This document shows, one piece after another, positions 24,920 to 37,000 of a stretch of DNA of 64,000 nucleotides (position 1 is the first letter of the stretch; each line of letters starts with the position of its first letter). Source of the DNA: Isurus oxyrinchus. Its lineage: Eukaryota. The stretch spans positions 1,240,001-1,304,000 of the forward strand of contig JANJGN010000039.1 of NCBI GenBank assembly GCA_026770705.1, given 5' to 3'. The notes beneath the pieces are model-generated. The model worked only from the letters and a program-made list of their open reading frames with translations, did not search any database and was not told where the DNA came from. The position numbers were made by a program, and so were the translations under genes.

Positions 24920-26150
24920 CTATGCCCATCACCAGCCATGGTCTTGCCCTCCCCCTTTCATACCGCTCCCTCCAGTGAGATAAAATTTAATTCCCGATCA
25001 TCCGGCGAAAATCTCATACTCCCCCACTGTGGCCGCGATATATTCCCCCCGTCGCTGCTTTCATTGGATACCACTTTAAGTTCATCTCATGGATCTTCTG
25101 CAGCTGCCCCTCCCCCGGTGTTCATGGTATATATCTTCTCCTCCCCGCTTTTCCTGTAATATATCCCCCAGGGCCCCAATTGTATCTGATATGCATCCTC
25201 TTCGCGGATTTGCTTGGTATATTTCACCTATCTCAGTGTCAAGCTGAACAAATCACTCCCCGTCTATTGGTCCTGGCATATCCCCACACTCCCCTGCCCC
25301 CAGCCCCCGCAGCGTAACTGGTATACACTCCTTCTGCCCTGGAAAATCCTGTTTCTCATTGCCTGCCCTGCAGCGTGTAATATATATTTACCCCTCTGCC
25401 AATTAACCTTTTATATCAACCCCCTCTTCTATTGCATTACGTATTGCTTATTCACCCTCTTTGTGCACGAATAAACACTATGCCCCATGCCTAGTTTATC
25501 TCTGGATCTGTTCTGCAACCAGACTTATCCCAATGTATAGGAATATATCCACATCCCACTGTGCCCATTATACGACTCCCGGTGTTCTTTTTTCTCCTCC
25601 CTAGCCATACCTCCAACAGTATCCTGGCAAACCATCCCCCTCTCCTGGTGCTGCTGATATATATCACGATCCAATGATTGTGCTTCATAATCTCCTTCAT
25701 CTACGTCCATCTACCTGATATATCGCCCTATCTCACTAGTTTACGTGGCATATCAGTCCCTCCATCTGGAGAACCTCCTTATTTTGAGCATTCAACGCAG
25801 CATAACTTGTATCTCATTCACCCCTACATGCCTCGATATGTGCATCACCACAATTACACCAACGTTATTCTCTCCATCCTTTGCCCCTGGTAAATCATTC
25901 CCTAGTGAAACTGGTATGTCTCCCATGAACAAGCTTTGCGTCTGTTGTATCAACACTATTCCACTCTACAATAGAAATCAAAAGCTTCATCTGGTCTATC
26001 AAGTTCATCAGCCATCAGCCAGAAAATCATGCTTTATCGCCTCAAGTTTGGTTGTCAGCCTTATGTATAACATCTGCCCCATTATATCATTAGCACATCG
26101 ATGATCATCTCTTGTACCTGGTATATCAAAACCACCTCTGCCATCAATGT
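24920..26150. repeat. Ancient degenerate minisatellite-like array (unit roughly 25-35 bp, consensus like cctggtatatatcacccct)
   Basis: Recurring (g/a)tatat(a/c)...cccc motifs at about 25037, 25128, 25158, 25217, 25277, 25380, 25542, 25656, 25718 and 26119, with strong C/T skew. Confidence 0.55.
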
Positions 26151-26609
26151 AAGTTTTTTACTTCCTGCAGTGTATTGGCGCAATACTCAAACACAACCAT
26201 TCCGCTGCGCCCGTTAGTCATGGAGGCAGCTTGTGGGTAGGCATCTGTTGTTGCAATGGATCAGCACGTTTGTGCCGGCCAGTGATATTCACAAATCAGT
26301 CAGGATCCGCTACTGCTGTCGAAGCAAGAGGACAAGCTAAAGTTTGGTCACTGTAGTGGCCGCTTGTCCCACCTGAACTGTCATTATAGTTCCTTGCCCA
26401 GATCCTCAACTGATCTCCAAAAAGTCAGTCCCGCTCCCCTGTATCACCATTGCGAGGCAACCAACACCCACTGCATCATCATTGTGACAGGTGCCTCCGA
26501 AGAACTTTTGCCAAAGTGCAAGAGCAAATCCCAAGCTAGAAATGTGGAATAAACTCAGAAAAACCGGGAAACACTCAGGGAGTCTGTCCTGTGCAGTGTT
26601 CTGTTCTTT

Positions 26610-27441
26610 TCAATTGTTTAGCAAACAGAACAATTAGAGGAAAGGGATGGTGGAACACATTCGTGAACTGAGCTCTGAACCTAGCCTGGGTGATGGTAGG
26701 TGTCTGTGCAGGGAGTAAGATGCTGCAGCATTAAATCCAATTCCAGCATAAACACATCTGTCATTGGAGATCGATACCTCAAATATAACATCTTGTTCCT
26801 ATAGAATAAAGCATTAGCACTGACCATACAGGAAGGAATTCGTTGAATGTACAATGAACATAATAATGGTTTTCTTTCAACTTTACATTCCTGGGTCTCT
26901 GGGTCTCTTCGTACTGTTGTGAGGCCTGAGTCTCTTCCTGGCTCAGCTGCTCACTAAAATGTGCCTGACAGTGTAAACAATGAGCACCAGAATCAGGATA
27001 AACGGTACTCTACGGGGTTTAGAATTTCAGGTGTGAACTCAATTGCTGCCGGAACCGCGACAACCAAACACCCCCGCGTACCTAACAAAACCAGGGGACG
27101 TTGCCCAGCACATTCCTGTTACCATAAAATGCCACAACACGTTCTTTGTGCAGATCAGCACAGGCACTGTTTCCAGGACGACAGTCGCAGTTTTTCCGGT
27201 GCAACATTTACATTTCAGTTTCGGACACTGGCTGCATAAATCAGAACGGTATGGATATTGAACACAGGAATCGACTTCAGGAAAAGAAGCTGCTTCTGGA
27301 AAACAATTGGAATGTGTGTTAATATCATGTCGAGGATGATGATGAGTCGATTCGCCCCTGTCATGGCCACCAGTTAACGAGTGATACATTTCGAGAGCCC
27401 AGACTTACCCTGCGACAGAATTCCCGACGTCACCAAGTTAA
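26610..27441 (-). pseudogene. Decayed GPR139-like GPCR pseudogene D (exon 2; divergent subfamily)
   Basis: Acceptor ctctgccttgcAG at 27443-27442, then (V)NLVTSGILSQGKSGLSKCITR*LVAMTGANRLIIILDMILTHIPIVF...NIHTVLIYAA. A deletion removes the DRF segment, followed by CPKLKCKCCTGKTATVVLETVPVLICTKNVLWHFM, VPFILILVLIVYTVRHILVSS*ARKRLR..RDPGM*S*KKTII, MLQHLTPCTDT and TQARFRAQF. Several stops and frameshifts. Confidence 0.88.
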
Positions 27442-27899
27442 CTGCAAGGCAGAGAATCGGCAGAACAATTATAATCAGCCAGGAGGAAAGTCACCATTTT
27501 GCTTGATGACTTCATTATGATTTCCAATTATGCTTCTGCATCCAGTAATACATTTGTAAATAACAAATGGTTGTTCCAGTTCCAACTTTATGTGTCTTAG
27601 GCAGCGATAACCTTACTATGAAATCGATTGTCAAATGGTAAATAATATTGAGGTGCAATAAAACATGAGGAGTGACAGTTTTTTGGGCGATTTGATAGAT
27701 GCCAGCATTCTGTTGACAATTCATTTCTTAGCTACCTAGAAAGAGCAGCCTGGATGTTGGAGTATAGTCATGGCAGAGTGTGCCAAGCCCAGCAGTGAAA
27801 GAGCGGTATAATCTCCCCTTGATATCAAGGGCATTTACTCTTACCGCAGCTCTTGAGTTTACCGGATTTGCACATATGTGGCCCCGGTTTTAAAATTAG

Positions 27900-29030
27900 G
27901 TCAGGAGCTGAGGGATCCTTGCAGATTCCAAAGTGAGTATCATCCAACCATTTACTGCTGAAGGAATGTCAATTAGCATTGTCAACGCCCCCACAAGTTT
28001 ATTCTGATGATCGAGAGTACATTAATGGGGTCGCATTGTATCTACTTGGATTGTTTCCTAAATTTCTGGACAGAAAAGGCCACTGCACCTATCTACACTT
28101 CCAGGTAAATTCGCGTGTTTTAGCTGCTGGAAGCAGCTGGGCCAGCTCAGGAGCACACGAGCTCAGTAATACGCCAGCGTTTTTTCAGCGTCCTTACACT
28201 TAGCAGTATCCAATGCCTTCAGCATTCTCTTGATAGCACATCGAGTGACTTTATTAGGCTAAAGATTGGCATTTGTGATACTGGGGACAAAAGGTGTTTC
28301 CTATTTGAATCATCGACGCACCACTTATAGTTGAAATTGTTGCAAATATTTCTGCCTTGTCGTAAGCCCTCGTGTGTTCAGCTCCCCCATCAATGAGGTT
28401 GTGGATGTTTGCACAGCCTCCGCCTTCAGTTACTTGTGTTTTGTTCACAGTCACTCATGTCTGGATGTGGAAAACATCTGATTTAACATCTGGTCCGTTT
28501 GTGGTGGGATCATTCTGATCTGCATACCGCATATTTCTTTGGATGTTTGTAATGGAAGTTTCCATTTGGTGCAGCTTTGCAACATGTATATGAAAGTATT
28601 TCATCTCACTTTTAGTAATGACTGGCAGTGTTCCCTCATGCCAGCATCCCTCATCACACCCTCACCCCTCACCGCCAATGCTCTTCTGACAACCAGAGTT
28701 TAGCTACAATTCGATATTAATTGCAACGTGAGGTGTGTGCAGGGCCAAGGGGTTATAGATTGTGGTTATATACAGTGCTGCTGCCGTTGTTCTCCCACGG
28801 CTCCTCATGGATGCCTATGTTCCAGTTGGTAGCATAGTACAAGTCTATTCCATTTAACACGCTCATAGAGCCATATTATATGATGGAGGATATTGTATTG
28901 TGAACACGGGAGTTAATCCATAATGCAGTTGTGAGTTGCTCACTCTTACTCATGCTTTCATGTTTACATGCACCTAAAACAGATAGAATGGTGAGGAGGA
29001 GGTAACGTAGAATTGTCGTCCTCCTGTATC
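27900..29030 (-). mobile_element. Decayed CR1/L2-group LINE fragment
   Basis: Reads NIHNLIDGGAEHTRAYDKAEIFATI, resembling the pre-RT linker of the family at 62150-63620 and 8330-10330. Confidence 0.55.
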
Positions 29031-29052
29031 CTGGAAGTCCATCACTATGTGC

Positions 29053-29187
29053 ACTGTGGGTGTACAAATACACGAGGGACTACTGCTGTACAAGAAGGCA
29101 ACTCTCCACCATCTTCACAAGGGTAAGTACTGATTTCCAAGAAATGCTGTGCCAGCGATTGAAGCCAAAATCCCGTAATTGAATAAC
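29053..29187 (+). repeat. Left arm of 135-bp inverted repeat (partner 30580..30714)
   Basis: Reverse complement of 30580-30714 with 6 mismatches by hand alignment. Confidence 0.9.
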
Positions 29188-30579
29188 AGAATCGTGGGGG
29201 AGTTCTGATTCTTCAATAACCAGAGAACGTTTCAGTGTTTTCTCATTTTCTCGTGTTTTCCTGCCTTTTCTCCTCACCCGCGCAATATTTCACCCACTTG
29301 TTTCTCTCACTGCACGTGCTACTGATTGCATTCTAAATATGAATTTGGCCGCAGATTTATGTTAACTAATCAGACGCCCCCAATCTTACACAGAAAGGAA
29401 AGGTCACCCGCATTGAAAAGTCAGCACAGCGCTCCCCACAACCTGCCCCCAAAGTGCGGTGCCAAGCGTGTTTGCCAAAATTATCCATAGCCTAGGCATG
29501 GCTGTGACAACCACATTCAAATATCGAAGAATCTACAGCCTGGTCACTCTTTTCAGCCACATTCTTTACAACATTGACATTCTGCTTCCTTTGACCCTCT
29601 CTACCCCTTTTGCCAAAGTATATCATTTTGCCCTGCAATGCATTAAATTGCATCTGCTAATTCCTTGCCAATTCTGCTCTTTTCTCCATGTCCGATTGCA
29701 ATGGATTCATATCATCCTGACTGATTATCACCCAACCCACCATATGTGTATCGTTAACACAGTTTGAGACGTTGTGCTATATTCCAAGATCCAGCCGGTT
29801 TATAGAGAGCAAAACCAACACCCGTCCAACACAGATTATTGGGGAAAGCTAATAGGTACAATCATCCAGACTGTAACAAAACGATTACCAAAATTTTCCG
29901 ATTTTGGTGCGTTACCGAATTGTATCCAATAGGATAGACACCCCCCGCTACTGCCTTCTATCATGAGCCTAAAGTTTCTTATCAGCGTTATCAGCGCTAA
30001 GTTGTCAATTAATACCTCAAATCTTTTTCAGCCAACAACCCCTGTATTATCTTCTTTGATTTTCCCTGCTATGATATCAGAACGCAAACTGTATTTTCCA
30101 AGTATGTTCTTAGCTAAAGGCATGCCTTTTACCAATCCGTTATCATTCTCAATTAAACTCAGCCGTGTCCAATTCCGGGTTGGATGCTTCGCTGTAAGGT
30201 CAGATTTAGTTATATTTTTAGTACTGTAGCTGGACAGAGAGAGCATTGAATAGAGAGAGCGGGGAGTGCTGAGCACCAAAAGGTAGTATTTTTTTAAAAA
30301 AGAGGAGAGAGTTGCGATGCCGGGACTTAAATTGAGCGGGAGCTGAGCTGCCAGAAGAGAGATTTAAAAATTGCTGGAGCTAGATAATCAAAACAGAGAC
30401 TGAAAAAGTAACTCTGGCTGTTCCCCCAGAGCAGAGATTTAATAAAAGAGCGGGAGCTAAGTAGCTAGAGCAGAGGTTTATAAGAAGCTGGAACATTGAT
30501 GTGACTGTGGTAGAGCATCGTTCTCAGAGTGGACAAATGGAAAGTGCAGTAGTTGTGCAGCAACATAGACAACATTTTC

Positions 30580-31560
30580 GTTATTCAATTAGGGGATTTT
30601 GGCTTCAATCGCTGGCACAGAATTTCTTGCAAATCAGTACTTACCCTTGTGAAGATGGTGGAGAGCTGCCTTCTTGTACAGCAGTAGGCCCTCGTGTACT
30701 TGTACACCCACAGTTCTCTTAGGGATGGATTTCCAGGATTTAGACCCAGCGACAGAGAAGGAACAGCAATACATTTCGAAATCAGGGTTGCAAGTAGTTT
30801 GGGGGGGTTGTGCGGTGGGAATCTTCGAGGTTTTTGTGCTCTCTGTAGCCTGCTGCCCCTTATCCTACTAGATGGTAGCGGTCGTGTGTTTGGAAAGTGT
30901 TGCCTAAGGAGTGTTGGGGAATTGCTGAAGTGCTTCTTGTAGATGGCACACACTGCTGCCATTGATCGTCAGCGGTGGAGGGACTCAATGTGTGTCGATG
31001 TGGTGTCAAACAACCAGTTGCTTTCTGCTTAATGCTGTCAAGCTTCTTGAGTTTTGTTGGAGCTGCAAGCATCTGGGCCTGTGGAGAGTAGAGCATCACA
31101 ATCCTATATTTTGCCTTGAAGATGGTGGATAGGATTTGGGGAACCAGAAGGTGTGTTATTCTCCGCAGGATTCCTAGCCTCTGAAGTGGATTTGTAGACA
31201 TCGTGTTTATATGCCTAATCCAATTCAGTTTCCAGTCAATGATAATCGCTGCTCGTGGGAAATTCGTTAATGCCATTGAACGTCAAAGGCGTTGGTTAAA
31301 TTATCTGTTTTGTATACAGCGATTGCCTGGCACATGTATGGTGTGAATTATGTTTGCCAATTGTCAGCCAAAGCCTGTATATTGTCCAGGACATGCTGAG
31401 TTTGGCCTAGGCTGCCTCACTATATCAGGAGTTGGGAATGCTGTTGAGCATTGTGCATCATCAGCGAACATCTCCATTATTGACATTGCAATGGAGGAAA
31501 GATCTTTGAAGAGAGAACTAAACACTGTTGAGCGTCGGTCACTACCCTGAGAAAATCAGG
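30580..31560 (-). mobile_element. CR1/L2-group LINE 3' region; its tail 30580-30714 forms the right arm of the inverted repeat
   Basis: ORF 30860..31276 reads IDWKLNWIRHINTM...QRLGILRRITHLL...STIFKAKYRIVMLYSP...APTKLKKLDSIKQKA, a LINE RT C-terminal region. Confidence 0.8.
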
Positions 31561-33159
31561 TTCCCTCAGGAACTAAAATGACTGGGAGCTCAGCAGCCGG
31601 GGTGTATATTTGGAAAGTGCAGGTGCCAGAAGGTCAGAGGAACTATTTAGAAAAGATTGCTAGCGTGGCCGACTTGTGGTTATTTAGTAATTCAGGCCAA
31701 AGGCATCGTCTGCGATGTATCACAATCACTGTAGCTGTTCGAAATGGTGGTTCACGTTCACTTTGCTGTAAGAACAAAGGGCGTTTGGCAATAAATGCTT
31801 TTCGTGCCAGCTATAACCCTCGTGCCATGACCGAATCTTTTTTTTTAAATGTTCATTTATTCCTTGACAGCAGGTGTAGGTTTCTATCTAACGGCACGTT
31901 CCATTTGCCCTTTTAATTGGCCGTTCTTGTGGCCAAACATTTCCCTGGATGATTAGACTGGTCAACTAGGAAAGGTTAAGGCGATTTTGTGTTAGTATCT
32001 GAGAAAACTGAATGACCCAGACAGCATGGTCAAGGAGTAGGAGTGGATGATCGATGCATATCCTCTTCAGGGAGCCAATAAGGAAAGGGCATGTCAAATT
32101 CTGTGTTCCGTGCTGTAACCTGTATATGGTTGCATCTACGATCTGTGTTTAAGTGAATGGGAATAAATGATGTGAAGAGAAGAATTACATTATGTTTGTT
32201 CATGCGCAAAATACAAAGGAATACAAAGGAAGATGTTTATGGTCGGGCCATGAGCGAGTGGACGTTTCATAGCTGGGAATTGGTGCGGATATCTGGTGGA
32301 AGCTTCACTCGTTGTTTTGATGAGTGGACTTCAAGTTAATAATTTTCAGACGCCACAACATCTGTGAATTGTGATAACAAGCATTTGGTGGCCGTGTGTG
32401 TGAAAAGACCAGAAAACATGAAACATAGACTGTTGTGTATGAGCATGTGGGGAGGCGGCCGTCCCTGTCTTCGTGAATAATTAAGTTTGAGTTTTGCAAG
32501 CTTGCAAAGGAATTGTAGGGAAATCCGAAATCAAGATATGGAACCGTCTCTAAGTCCGATAGATCGTGGGAATGAGTCTTGAATTTACCATATGATCAAT
32601 TGCGCCAATGCCCAGTCTTTCACAAAGCACGTGATCACCAGGCAGTCTTTGTTTTAATCATGTGATTTATATGGAACTCTGAGTAGCAGCTCATTGTGCA
32701 ACAGTCGGATATTTGGGGGGAGCCAGGTTTCATGAAACCTGTTCTGAAAACTGCCCCATATATTATTCGGCCCAGAAGAGACATTGAAGGGTATTTGTGC
32801 TGTTTTTCTATGTTACGCTTGTTCGAGTTATTTTGATCCAGCCTGTGATGTATGGGCTGTTGATCAGAGCATCTGCTCCAATGAGCTCTATGCGATCAGA
32901 GACTGGCATCACAATTCAAACTCTCAAACCCTGCAACTATAACCAGGGTTGTTCAGTAATTTTCTTTTTATTATTATCATCATGCCTCAAGTCCACCATT
33001 TATTATAGAATAAAGTGAAAAGGAGTTCAATTTGAGACTACACCATGAAAGAGTATTTTCACCTGGGATGTAATTTTATCCAGAGTCAGCATACATCACT
33101 TCAAGTATTTTGCTAATGTGACTCCCTTCAGGCACAGTTTTTAAGTCCTCCTGCATATG

Positions 33160-34064
33160 TCAATTGGTTTTCAGCTGTAATTTGACTAATTTTACGCACC
33201 GTTTCAAAGAGTATTGCATTCCGTTCCTCAGCTCCTCCCTAAACCTAGACTGTGTCAGCACATAAATGAATGTATTTGTGCAGCAGCTGAGGACCGCAAG
33301 CATGATTGCAACTGACCCAAGTTCATTAGTGCCAGAATATGAAATGATTGTTGTATGCAGAGAGAATACATATGCGACTGGAGTAGTCCAGAGCAATATA
33401 AAGCTGCCGGTTATACTGAAGAGTAAAATTATGGACTTTCTTCGTCTTTCTATCTCTGGATCATTGTGATGCTCTCCATTGCAGCAACCGTTGAGACCCC
33501 TGCGAACTCTACTGGCGGCTAAAATACGTCTCACCGTCAAAACATTTAGCAACAAAATTAAAATGAATGGAACAAGTGGGGTCAAAGTTAGCACAAAGAA
33601 ATCAAATGCAGCCCATTCAGCAGAACTGAAAAATGTCTGTTTTAGTTTGCAACCGCGAGGTACATTGCCAATTATATATGCAGGTTCATAAGCAAAATAC
33701 CAGGGAATGTTTGTCAAACAACTCAAAACACTCACTACTGATATGACAGCTACACCTGTTTTCTCTGTGCAATATTTTTTTCTCAGTTCCAGACAACATA
33801 TCGCCACAAAACGATCGAAGGTGAACACCAATGTCAACCAGACGGAGGCTGAAGTGACTACATAAATCAATGTCTCCATTAGATGGCATACCGTGCTCAT
33901 GGTCAAGAATGAATCCGGAAAATAAATATTCAGCATTTCCTTCAGTATGACTTCAGTACAAATAAACAGGAGATCAGCCGCTGCCATCGCAATCATATAA
34001 CATGTAATGCATTTGGAGAGACCACACTTTCTTCTGGAAAGGATGACAATCGCAACAACATTAG
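33160..34064 (-). CDS. GPR139/GPR142-like class A GPCR gene B, coding exon 2
   Basis: Open seven-TM frame with AMAAAD, TFDRFVAIC and SCCTNTFIY. Acceptor ...cttcctcacttacAG at 34066-34065, phase 1; 905 nt. Confidence 0.93.
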
Positions 34065-37000
34065 CTGTAAGTGAGGAAGAGAGAAGGAGATAGAAGTCAC
34101 AGATGAACAAGGCAACTTCTCTTGCAGTTACAGCAAAGGCTCATGCATTTCACCCAAACATGCAGGACCTGCTTCCCGAGATGAGCATATACTAAATGTG
34201 GATTGGACTTAGTAAATGTGGACAGGGAAATGATCATTCCTCTTTTGATAGGAACATCATCAGTTTAAACTGGGCAACTAGTGTGCAATAACGATTGAGC
34301 TTCTTGAGCGAGAATGTGATGTGGACAATTTGAAGGTACAAAAACGGCTCGGCATGTTGAACTTGAGATAGTAAGTAGGAGGTGTAAAGAGACAACTAAT
34401 GTGTGAAGGTGCAATATCATTTGGGAAATAAAGACGCAAAATGGAATCTTGGGAAAGCAGAGTTAGACTCTGGAAGAGGTAGTCGTGCAATGTGCGCTGC
34501 GTGGTTTATGGATGCGGTAAGTATTTGAAATGGTTGCTGTGACACAGGACTCACAGCTCGTACGTAAATTGTTGCCCAGCAGCATTGGCATACTCTAAAC
34601 GCTTGGGAGTGTAAAGATGGAATATTAACTGCACAGGATATGTTAGAATGGTCACTGGGCTACAAAGAAACACTAGCATAGACGAGGCCGAACAAGGGTT
34701 TACCCAGGAGACTTCACAGATCCGGTCCAATGAGAATCAAAACATGGTGACATTTTTATGCAGATTCTCATTGAAACGTTGTGGTAGGAGATGAGGGCAG
34801 ATGAGTCAGGTTTTTTTTTAAGGCAAACTCAGTAATGGAAGATTAATATGCAGGCTGGGCATTGTGAAGGTTTAGGTCAGATGAATGCATCGCAAATTCA
34901 TTGCAGAAAAAAAGTGAAGCAACATTTCTTTGCCGACTGTGTATATTTGGTGCTGATCAGGCGGGTAGTTTAATGGCCGAATGGGAACAGTGACATAGGT
35001 ATCAGATTAAGTGTGAAATATTTATTGGCCAACGGGAAGGCAGAGTGGGAATTTTGCAGGACCACGCTTCTTTCTGGACGGACTAGTTTAAAGTGCAGTG
35101 AATGGATATCGCAAAAAACAGGGACAATAGGATTCGCAGCGATACAAGACACATTGTTAAAGTGTAGTAAGCAATTCGAAGATGTGATTCCAGTGTGTTT
35201 AAAATCACCTATCTATTCTGGGGAGACAGGGGTACGTTCCCATTGATTGATGAGCTGTATATCAAAGCACTTTTTTTTCCGAAAGGGCATAAGGGAGTCA
35301 CTTGCATGTCATTCACAATATCTGTGAGAAATGATTTGAAATGTGAATCTGAACACTGACACTTGCAGGACACCAAGGGCAAAAGTTCCAAGTCGACATG
35401 GACCATGACGGGCCCATCGATTTGAGTAGGTGGATTATTTTAGGTCTAGTATATGATTAGAAGAGCAAAACAATGAAGTGTCGATTACTTGATGATAATG
35501 ATCTAACTCCTAACATATGCATGGTTAAATTATCATACGTTGCAGCTATTTTCATTTTATATTGTTTCGGATCATACCATCCTTCAATTTTAGCAATATT
35601 TGGTAAAATGCATATTTATTTTTCAAAATGCAAGAACATTTTTGTGAATTAGCTATCTAATTCAATGATCTGTTACTATACAGAAGTCTAAACTGAAAGA
35701 TTTCTACTAATTACTGATTAAATCCAATAAGCTTTGTAAATCAAGCGAAATTGATGTGAGCCTCAGATAATAGTGCCTGCATCAACGTTTCTGTTGTTTA
35801 ACTAATAAAACTCCGTTGAATTTTTGAAGAATGGAGTTTCTCAGTGAATCTCAATGAACCTATTTGTTGCTGCCATACATTTACTAAGTTCATGCACATA
35901 TTCATTTATTTATTATCTGCATTTCAAAGCAAGTTAAATAACTCTAATAATTAATATCCAAAGTAAGTAATTGTTCGCTTCCTAAATTGTGTTTGTGGTT
36001 CTGATGCCTATGGTGTAGGATAGGATTTCATGGCTCTTGCAAGGGTACAGAATAGATTTTCGTATGAAATCTCTGGTTAGACTCGGGATGCCCAAATTCA
36101 GGAATATAAAATGCACATTCTCACAAGGAAGGGATGAGTTCAATGAAGTACTAAGTGCTTTGAAGGCTTTGCAACCTGGAGCAGACAGAAAGTGTAGCTT
36201 CCGCAAACTTGTATTTGGGAAAACATCAATGCAATGGAGCAATGTCTATAAACGGGGTGTTGAATTAACATTTTGGATCATATTAATTCCTGAGGATGTT
36301 CATTAATTTTTTACATGAGCTTTGAAAAAAGAAAGTGGTATAAGTCAGATAAAGATAAACAGAATTTTACATTTCTGTATCAGCTTGTAAGTTAGATTTA
36401 TGTTCATTTATCATAAACAAATTATTCCCTGAACAAATCTAGTATTGATATCCTTACAATGGCATGAATTTTCACTCAGAGTCATAAATATCAATTCGCT
36501 TTTTTGAATTAAACAGAGATGGTTAACCAGATTATTAGCACTTGAACCTGTACTTGACAGAACTGTAAATAAGGAAACAGTTAAAAGTAGGAAAAAAACA
36601 GTAATTTTAACAATTATATATTGAAGCAGCAAATGTTTGAACAAATTAATTATCAAAACTAATATCCAATAAATTATCCACATGTTTCTAGAAGTTTCTT
36701 CTACATTAAACATTGAAATGCCCCAGGAATGAACCACAGAATTTTCTAACGAATTCAACGGTGAATTATCCAAACCATTATACATCATTTTATCTGTGAA
36801 ATTAAGTGTACAGATATCAAGTATATTATTCACATATGCCCCTGATCAAATAACTCGAGAATTGAACATTTATATAGGCTGCACAATTGCTATTTGAAAA
36901 TGCAATCTGCTTCTCTTATTGATTTGCTGTTTGTGAAAAGAAACATAGAGCAGGTTCAATGAACATTGACTTAATTGCCTCTTGGAGTGGTTTCCGTAAA

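Noticed and set aside
24920-26150. CRISPR-like array or prokaryotic system
   Set aside because: No identical direct repeats with unique spacers and no cas-like ORFs. The window is vertebrate-like DNA with spliceosomal introns and LINEs.
27039-27389. 116-aa His/Cys-rich ORF as a metal-binding protein
   Set aside because: Chimera of two frames of GPCR pseudogene D across a frameshifting deletion.
33266-33889. Short ORFs overlapping GPCR exon 2 on the opposite strand or in alternative frames
   Set aside because: Shadow ORFs of the receptor coding sequence, with no equivalents listed over the paralogous exon of gene A.
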